Shown: one piece after another, positions 45,354 to 64,000 of the stretch
Position numbering within the stretch: position 1 is the first letter of the stretch
Layout of the letters: the number at the start of each line of letters is the position of its first letter
NCBI RefSeq assembly: GCF_009914755.1
Contig: NC_060943.1
Length of the DNA: 64,000 nt
Direction: 5' to 3' (one strand)
Source: the human T2T-CHM13v2.0 reference genome, Homo sapiens
Program-made: the position numbers and the translations under genes
The notes under the pieces: model-generated
Database searches by the model: none
Seen by the model: only the letters and a program-made list of their open reading frames with translations
Told to the model about the DNA's origin: nothing

Positions 45354-45960
45354 GGCCAGGTGCAGTGGCTCATGCCTGTAATCCCAGCACTTTGGGAGGC
45401 CGAGGCAGGCAGATAACCTGAGGTCAGGAGTTCTAGACCAGCCTGACCAACATGGTGAAATCCTATCTTTACTAAAAATATAAAAATTAGGCCAGGCGTG
45501 GTGGCTCACACCTGTAATCCTAGCACTTTGGGAGGCTGAGGCGGGCAGATCATGAGGTCAGGAGATCGAGACCATCCTGGCTAACATGGTGAAACCCTGT
45601 CTCTACTAAAAATACAAAAAATTAGCCGGGTATGGTGGCATGCACCTATAGTCTCAGCTACTCAGGAGGCTAAGGCAGCAGAATTGCTTGAACCTGGGAG
45701 ATGGAGGTTGCAGTAAGCCGAGATCATGGCACTGCACTCCAGCCTGGGTGACAGTGAGACTCTGTCTCAAAGAAACAAAACAAAACAAGACAAAGATTAA
45801 CCAGGCATGATGGCACGCTCCTGTAATGCCAGCTACTCAGGAGGCTGAGACAGGAGAATTGCTTGAACCCAGGAGGCGGAGGTTACAGTGAGCCAAGATT
45901 GTGCCATTGCACTCCAGCCTGGTTGACAGTGAGACTCTGTTTCAAAAAAAAAAAAAAAAA
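45354..45960 (+). mobile_element. Alu inserted into the central A-rich linker of another Alu
   Basis: Left arm 45354-45489, complete Alu about 45490-45795, right arm about 45797-45960. Confidence 0.85.
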
Positions 45961-46107
45961 GACACACAATTAGCAGATATTGAAGTTGAGCATCAGTCTA
46001 TTATGCTATTATGGTTATTGTGTAAATGTTTAAAGTATTCTGAATAAAGCACATGTATGAAGAGATAAAGTTGATCTACAACATTAGCTCTTAAGATTGT
46101 GGTTCCT

Positions 46108-46398
<291 letters not shown>

Positions 46399-46400
46399 TT

Positions 46401-53150
<6,750 letters not shown>

Positions 53151-54441
53151 AAAAAAGATTGTGATTACCTTTAGGGAGGAGAAGGAAAAGAGGCTGAAAA
53201 TGGTGGTTGGGGGCATAAACAAGGCTAATTCTATTCTATGGTTAAACAAATGTGTTTGCCTTACAATGATTTATTAAGCTTTATATTAATGCTTTGTGCA
53301 TGTATTTCTGTATGTATGCTATACATTAATAAAAATTTAAATATTACATATTTAATCCTAACAATATTTCAGAATTACAGTAATGTTTGGTATTATTTTG
53401 TTTTAAAGTGGGGCATTTTCATGCAGGTGTTCTGAGATGGATATTAATATTCCAAGGTATATCTTTATGTTCTGTCTCTTGGGAGACCCATAAGGTTTTC
53501 CAATTTCTACCTCAATTAAGTAGCACTGTTTTAATTTGGAGGATGCAATTTTTTACAGCAAAGTCTTCTCCCCACGATAGTACTCACCAAGGCCAGGCCG
53601 CCTAGCACAGTGCCCTGCACGCAGTGTGCACCCAGTCTGTACAGAACTGGTTTGAATCAGGAACAAAACAAGTAGCAGAGGTCAGTTCTACAAATGATAG
53701 AAAGTAGGTACACAATGAAGACTGAAAGGCTACACTCAACAGCAAACACTTTTGCATTTATTTGGAAAATATTTTAAACTAGCTCACCAAATGATGTTCA
53801 TGTCAAGCAGTGATTTGGGAGTTTGGCTGTGACTGTAACCTCCTGGAGAGCTTTAAATCACATTGTCTCCTGGGTCTCACTCCAGGATTTTGGCTAATTG
53901 TGCCATTGCAACTTGAGTTTGGGGACTTTAAACATCCCACCTCCAGGTTGCTCTAATATCCAGGCAGGGGTAAGAAGCATTTATTCAGGGTGAAGAATGC
54001 ATTGCTTGTGTGTGATTTTTATGTGTGCTTCAGGCTTTGCCCCATAGCTGCTCCTAAATTTGTGGGCTTAGAAAACATCTTTGCCCTTCAAAGTATACAC
54101 AGCTGTTTGGCTAAATTGCAGCAGGAGAAAATATCAGCAGCTCTATCTATGTCACTTACCTTTCGAGTAAGAGGTTGTTTCAGGCACAGTAATTTGATTT
54201 CTTCTGTGTTGAAAATTATAAATAGCCTAGAACTACCAGAAAGAGATACAAAGATTTTGCAGATGTGTGGAGTGCATTATAGGTGTTTTCAAATTTCTCT
54301 TATAATGAGAAATAAAAAACATAATATTAGGCCTTAATTTACTAAACTCAGTGTTCAGCCATTTTCTCAAATGGTTTATAGTTTTTCCAAGAGACTTCAG
54401 CAGCATTCTCTAGAGGGAATGAATTCCCCCAAGAGTGCTAA

Positions 54442-54798
<357 letters not shown>

Positions 54799-54956
54799 TC
54801 CAGAGTCTTGATGGACTAGAAAACGTGGCTGAGTAGTGTGGTCTGTGGAAGTGCATGAGCTCTGGACTCAGATAGAGTTAATCCTTAATCCCAGCCCATC
54901 TGCTTAGTAGCTGTGGGACAGTTAAATAAACCTTATCTGCAAATAAAAGCATAATA

Positions 54957-55428
<472 letters not shown>

Positions 55429-55965
55429 TCAGTTTTGAGCCTAGGCTCAAAACGTCTTAAATGTTTCTAAAATGGGTCTTAAAAGCTCATTTTTGCTTGC
55501 TGAAAAATAAAAGTATCACAAGGAGAAAAATTGAAGTGCCCCAGTTGACAGGTAGCTCACTCTCAGAAGCAGAACCACCCAATCTGCCAGCAGCTGACCA
55601 CTCATGCCTGAAGCCCAGCCTAAATTTCTAACCAGTTCAATGATGAGCTAGTAAGTTTTAGGATAGTTTGTTATGCAGTTATACCTTACTAACATAAACA
55701 TTCATTATAGACAGGGTATCAGGATTCCAAAAAGATTCATTGCAAATAACCTGCAAATGGTCTGCACCTTATAAGTACTGATTTTCTTTTCCATTTATTT
55801 AAAGTTAGATTTCTGTTAGGTGGTATTGAATTATACAGAAGAGCAAGTAGATGTATATAATTGGTGCTTAAACTCACACAGTGCCCCATACCACAGGAGA
55901 AAAACATACAGCTACAGCCAGACAATTAGGTCCGAGGCCAAATAGCAAAATAAGGAGTTGACCTT

Positions 55966-56651
<686 letters not shown>

Positions 56652-56994
56652 GCCTTTCATCTATTCCCTCCACATCTGAACTTTGGAGGTCAACACTGTG
56701 AAGAGATGTGAAGACATGGGGTTTCCTCCTTCTGAGGCCCTATCATCCATTGTTTACTGTCTGATATTTGGAAGAGAAATCCCCTCCAAACAGCAACTGG
56801 GACACAGTGGTCTACATGTGGACACTTCCTGCTTGCAGCTGCTGCTCTGTCTAAGGGCACTGTGCCTCCCACCCTTGGGCCTGAACAGAGAAGTTTATAG
56901 GCAGAGGCTGTTCTCTCACTTCCAGCAGAAAAAGGATATTCAGGTCCTTTACCTCTTTGAGGTCAGAGAGTCACAGTCTTCAGAGATGCACTTC

Positions 56995-58030
<1,036 letters not shown>

Positions 58031-58249
58031 AGGATTGCTTTTCTTTTAAAATCTCAGGTTGCCTACTCAGAAGATCAGGGGCCGGAAGTGTTATGAAATA
58101 TTAAATATTAAAATAATTGCCATTATAGTGTTTCCATTTGTAAACAACATATATGTGTGTGTATAAAATTTATAAGTGGACCTAACCTTATACACAAGAT
58201 TAAAAAATTACCCCCAGGCAGAGCTAAGCCCAGCTCAGAGGTAAAGCCC

Positions 58250-58614
58250 TTGCTGGAGATGACTGGAGCCAAGAGTCTGTCACTCTTGCCTCATTCAGTG
58301 CACTGTCTGGTAGCATCTTCTGTCACTCAAGGCCCGAGGGCGCGGGGCCGGGAGCTCTATCCAATCAGGGTGCTGGGATGGAAACTGTCCAATCAGATTC
58401 ACAGCCAGAGAGGAAGGGGCGGCTCCCGGTATCTGGCGGGGCCTTTGTCTTTCGCTCCAGGTAGAGCTTGGGGTTAGTACATCACTGGCCTGCGTGCTCC
58501 GCTCCAGGAGGTCTCGGTGATTCTGCCACAGCCTCATCCTCCGTCGCCCTGTGACCTACTGGTATTGGAACATTCATAGCTAAGACTCCAGGACACCCAC
58601 AAAGCCGAGAAATG
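58250..58614 (+). promoter_or_regulatory. ZNF91-family-type promoter and first exon
   Basis: Tandem CCAAT boxes (58361, 58389), GC box (58416-58422), ggcggggcctttgtct and gctaagactccagga...gaaATG layout typical of 19p12 ZNF first exons. CpG-rich to about 58900. Confidence 0.8.
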
Positions 58615-59454
58615 CTGAGTTTGCGGGTCAGGGCGTCCGGAGACTGGGGAGGCCTCATCGGAGTCGGCCGGAAATGGCGGTGGCGGGACCGAGTCTGTGA
58701 GCCTGAGCCCCCCTCAGCTCAGCCCTCAGTCTCCTCTGGTGCAGGGTACCCAGGCGTCCTGTACCGTTTCAGCACAGCGGCTTTGGCCCCAGCCTGTAGC
58801 CCTCTTTGCGCAGCTCTGCGCCCGCATCTTCCCCAGCTTGTGAGGTGATGAGGAGAGGTTCACCAGGGAAAGACGCCGACTTGGTGTGCAGGGCTTCTGC
58901 GTGGAAGGAGCTCTGGTCTGTGGGGTCACCAGTCCCTACTTTAACCTATTCAGACATAAACGGAGGCACCATTAAAACATTAAAGAATTTATATGAGCAA
59001 ACAGTGATGAACCAGTGGGACAGCCCCAGACATGGTTTGTCGTTTGGGGGCTACCAGCGGGTCTTGAAGAAAAGGCTTTAAGGTTTGTGAAGAGGCAAAG
59101 CAAACTAAATAATTGATTGGGTACAGTTATGTAGTCGTTTCATTTAGAGTGTCCAGGAGAAAATTTTCTGGTTATGTAATCAGATTAATTGGAGATTTAT
59201 GGTTGGTTAAGCCTGAATTTTGTTTTCTCCTAAGGTAGTAACTTACGAGATACGCATTTGAGTTAGATCGTTTTGTTGCTGTTACACAGGAACCTAGATC
59301 CCTAGAGCCACTTCAGTCTACCTGCTATTTAATTATTTTAACTTTAATCAGAAGCACTGTTTTTTTCCTACATTTTCCAAATGTGTGGCAAGCAGAGTCT
59401 TAAATCTGTTCTGCCAGCCTAACTTGGCTTGCAGTAAAATCTTAAATTTCCAGT

Positions 59455-59730
59455 TTCTTTTTTTTTTTTTTTTTGTTTGTGACGGAGTCTCACTCTATTG
59501 GCCAGGCTGCAACCTCCGTCTCCCAGGCTCAAGGAATTCTCCTGCCTCAGCCTCCCAAGTAGCCGGGATTACCGGCATGTGCCACCACACCCGGCTAATT
59601 TTTGTATTTTTAGTAGAGACGGGGTTTCACCGTGTTAGCCAGGCTGCTCTCCAACTCCTGACCTCAGGTGATCCGCCCGCCTTGGCCTCCCAAAGTGCTG
59701 GGATTACAGGCGTGAGCCACTGCACCAGGA
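59455..59730 (-). mobile_element. Alu (AluSx-like, small deletion)
   Basis: T tract plus reverse Alu. Confidence 0.88.
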
Positions 59731-60600
59731 CTGAAATTTCCAGTTTCTTTTCAACATTCACCAAAGCCAACTACTCCCATCCAATTCACAACATTATCAA
59801 CTATTTTTGTTTTTTATTGTATGTTTCTATTTGTAAATATTTCACCGGAGGAAAGCAGAAAATAATCCCATTACACTCCACTGTCAAAAATTTTTCTGCT
59901 TTTTCTTCTTTTATCTTCCCTAGGCACAAATGCCTTATCAGGATATCTTTAAATTCAAGTTTCCCTTTGGAAACTTGATGGGACAGTGTGTCCTCAGCCA
60001 CACTGCTTTTTTTTAAGTCTTGAGTTTTAGAGCTCTCTTGGGATAACCCAAGATACACACAACAGCCATACCTTTTGGAAGGTTTGGTGAATATCAGCCC
60101 CTTGGTCATCTCCTTCCAGAGGACACACTGATGTATGGAAATGGAGCTTCTCAGGAGAGCAGCTGAATGTCCTGAGGCTGAGAGAAATATCCTGGTTTAC
60201 CCTTCCCATAAAAAGAACCTTTGGGGATCTTAAGATTTTCTTTCCCCAGCCCCAGTTCTTCCTGGTCAGCCAATTGGATGGTTGTATTTAGGGGAAAAGA
60301 CAAAAATAATGCCTGTCTTCTGAATTATCTCATATTTGTGAAGGGGGGAGAACTGTTTTAAAAGACAAAAAAAACAAACAAACAACAACAAAAAAAAAAA
60401 CTCACCCTAAGGAGGCATGCAAGAACTTGCAAAGCAAAAAAAAAAAAAAAAAAAACACCAGGGACACACTGTAGGGCACTGTGCAGTGTCTTCTGGGAGG
60501 GAGAGCTTTGAGCACTTTAGTGAGTAGGGTAAGGGTGGCAGAATGTACCAACTTATAGGATTGCCTGATTTGACACTTGAGTCAGATATGTGTCTCTTCT

Positions 60601-61347
<747 letters not shown>

Positions 61348-61352
61348 TTTCT

Positions 61353-61370
61353 TGGTTCCCTGACTGGGAA
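61353..61370 (+). promoter_or_regulatory. Retroviral primer-binding site, tRNA-Glu
   Basis: TGGTTCCCTGACTGGGAA, one mismatch from the complement of the tRNA-Glu 3' end (TGGTTCCCTGACCGGGAA), 5 nt after the LTR end. Confidence 0.88.
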
Positions 61371-63583
61371 GTGAGGTGATTAATGGATGGATGGTTGATG
61401 CACCTCCTTAGGCAGCTGAGGCTTGCCCTGTGGAGCATCCCTGCGGGGGACTCTGGCCAGCTTGAGCAACATGGATCCTGAGAGCGCTCCCAGATAGGCA
61501 TTTGCCCTGGTGGAATGCCTTGTTAGAGCGGTGCACAGCAGGCCCCTGCGGAGGATCAACGCAGTGGCTGAACACCAGGAAGGAACTGGCACTTGGAGTC
61601 CAGACATCTGAAACTTGGTAAGACTGGTCTTTGGAACTTGCCCACTCCATTTGAGTGGAAGCATGGCCTGATCACCCACGACGTGCCTGTACCGGCACTT
61701 TGGTTTTTGTTTTTGACTTGACTTGGATTGCTCGATACTTTGGTTTTGGTTTTGACCTGGCTTGGATTTCTTGATACTCTGATTTTTGTTTTGGTTCTGA
61801 TTTGGTGTAAACTGTGAAAGTGTGTGTGTGCCCTTTTTACCCGTTCTTTGTTTTGTGGTGTGCGTGTGGTGTGAGCGTGGTGTTTTGTCTTGAGGAAGCA
61901 TGGGTCAAGCACAAAGTAAGCCCACCCCACCAGGAACTATGTTGAAAATTTCAAGATTTAAGGGAGACTATGGAGTACTATGACACCAGGAAAACTTAAA
62001 ACTTTGTGTAAGATAGACTGAACAGCATTAGAGGTGGGTTGGCCACCAGAAGGAAGCCTGGACAGGTCCCTTGTTTCAAAGGTATGGCACAAGGTAACCT
62101 GTAATCCAGGGCACACTGACCAGTTCCTGTATATAGACACTTGGTTACAGCTGGTTTTAGACTGCCCCCCACAGTGGTTGAGAGAACAGCAGCATAAGCG
62201 GCTGGCAGAGGCAAGGAAAGACCAGCAGAGAGAGAGAGGAAGAGACAGACAAAGAGGGAGTCAAGAAGAGAGAGAGAGAGAGACAGAAAGTGAAAGAGAG
62301 AAAGAAAGAGGGAAATATACAAGTAGTTAAGAAAAAAAAAGTGTACCCTATTCTTTTAAAAGCCAGGGTAAATTTAAAACCTGTAATTGATAATTGGAGG
62401 TCTTTTCCGTGACCCTACAACACTCCAATACAACCTTGTTGTAAGTGTAAGCAAGGGTGAAGCCCAAAAGCACTGAGGCCACTGACAACCTGTAGCCTTC
62501 GTATCAAAAATTCTTAACTGAGTAATCTGTGGATGGCCCAAATGCATTCAATCTGTAGCAGCAACTGCTTTGTTAACAGAAGAAAGTAGAAAAATAACTT
62601 TTAGAGGAAACCTCATTGTGAGCACACCTCACCAGTTCAGAAATATCCTAAGGGGAAAAAAAAAAAAAAGATGATTTAACATTAGCCACTGAAAATTCCC
62701 TTAACCTAGCAGGTTTCCTAACAGGGGGTCTAAATCTTAATTACCATACAAAGGTCTGACCAGACCTAGGAGGAACTCCCTTTAGGATGGGATGATAGAA
62801 GGAAAAAAAAGAAGCCATCTATACCAATTCTAAGTTAATTTGGACTAAACAAGGTCTTATTAATAGCAAAGGATAATTGAAATCCAAAACTTACAAGGTT
62901 TTCAACAAAAGTAAAGTTTCCTAAAAGTTAACAGTGTAACATGTATTATAGTAACTTCTAATCTTGTGGCCTTAGACAGTCTAGTCCACAGACATAAAGG
63001 AAGTTCACTTTGGAAAAGAATGGTTATCATCTTTGGGAAAAAAAGGGGAAAGAAGGTGAGGGAGCAGAATTTATGTAAAAAGAATGTTATATGGTAAATT
63101 CTTGTCCTGAAATAAATTAACTGGTTGTTTAAAGAAAGAAATGTTTGTAATAAGTCAGAAAGTTGAGGCCTGTAGAAGAATTGTCTGTGAAAGTCGTGAA
63201 AGAAAAAAAGTTATAAAAAAAAATTTATGCAAGAAATGTTGTATAATTTAAAAGTAACTAGGCCTCCTGAATGTAAAACTATTGAAAAAAACAGTTTATA
63301 TGCAAGGTGTATAAACAAAGTAAAATATACCTTTGGTAAAAGGATTATAAGGAGGCATAAGAATGTAAATTTTTACCTACATTAAAAGGTTAAAAAAAAT
63401 TGTTTTGAAGGTTTAAGCAAGTTTTAAAACATTAATTTTAAAGAAAATTCTGTGTGTAAACATATTAGCTAAAGTTAAAGGGGTATCATCCAGTTGTTCT
63501 GTGAACTGGACGTTAAAGTAAAAACACAATGAGTTTTTCTTAAAGCGCTAACATGCTCTTTTACAAAGATTATAAAAGGTTAA

Positions 63584-63921
<338 letters not shown>

Positions 63922-64000
63922 TTATGATCCAACATTAAAAATTGAATAAATGTGTCTATAAAGTTTTATTAAAACTAAGTTTAACATTAATAGCACACTA

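Noticed and set aside
58250-58930. Calling this promoter ZNF430 exon 1
   Set aside because: The splice donor is mutated, no downstream exons confirm it, and by my recollection of spacing ZNF430 starts beyond this window.

Overview
Human genomic DNA from the chr19p12 ZNF91-family KRAB zinc-finger cluster; an intact AluYa5 supports human origin. The only intact protein-coding sequence is the final zinc-finger exon of ZNF85 (7242-8800, + strand; 15 intact C2H2 fingers plus one degenerate finger). Downstream lie: decayed fingers in the 3'UTR; a nested Alu/SVA/Alu/L1 stack; two KRT18 processed pseudogenes 1.4 kb apart, one split by an HML-2 solo LTR; a ~6.4 kb complex beta-satellite block; a minus-strand KRAB-ZNF relic with no finger exon; a full-length but dead L1PA; a MER85 MITE; an orphan ZNF-type promoter/first exon whose splice donor reads CT instead of GT; and the 5' part of an LTR2/Harlequin provirus. 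Nearly all other ORFs in the track are repeat artefacts. I found no demonstrably new biological system; the best leads are structural or regulatory oddities that need testing. Repeat boundaries are read by eye (usually +/-10-20 bp). Gene names and repeat subfamilies come from recalled sequences, not database searches.
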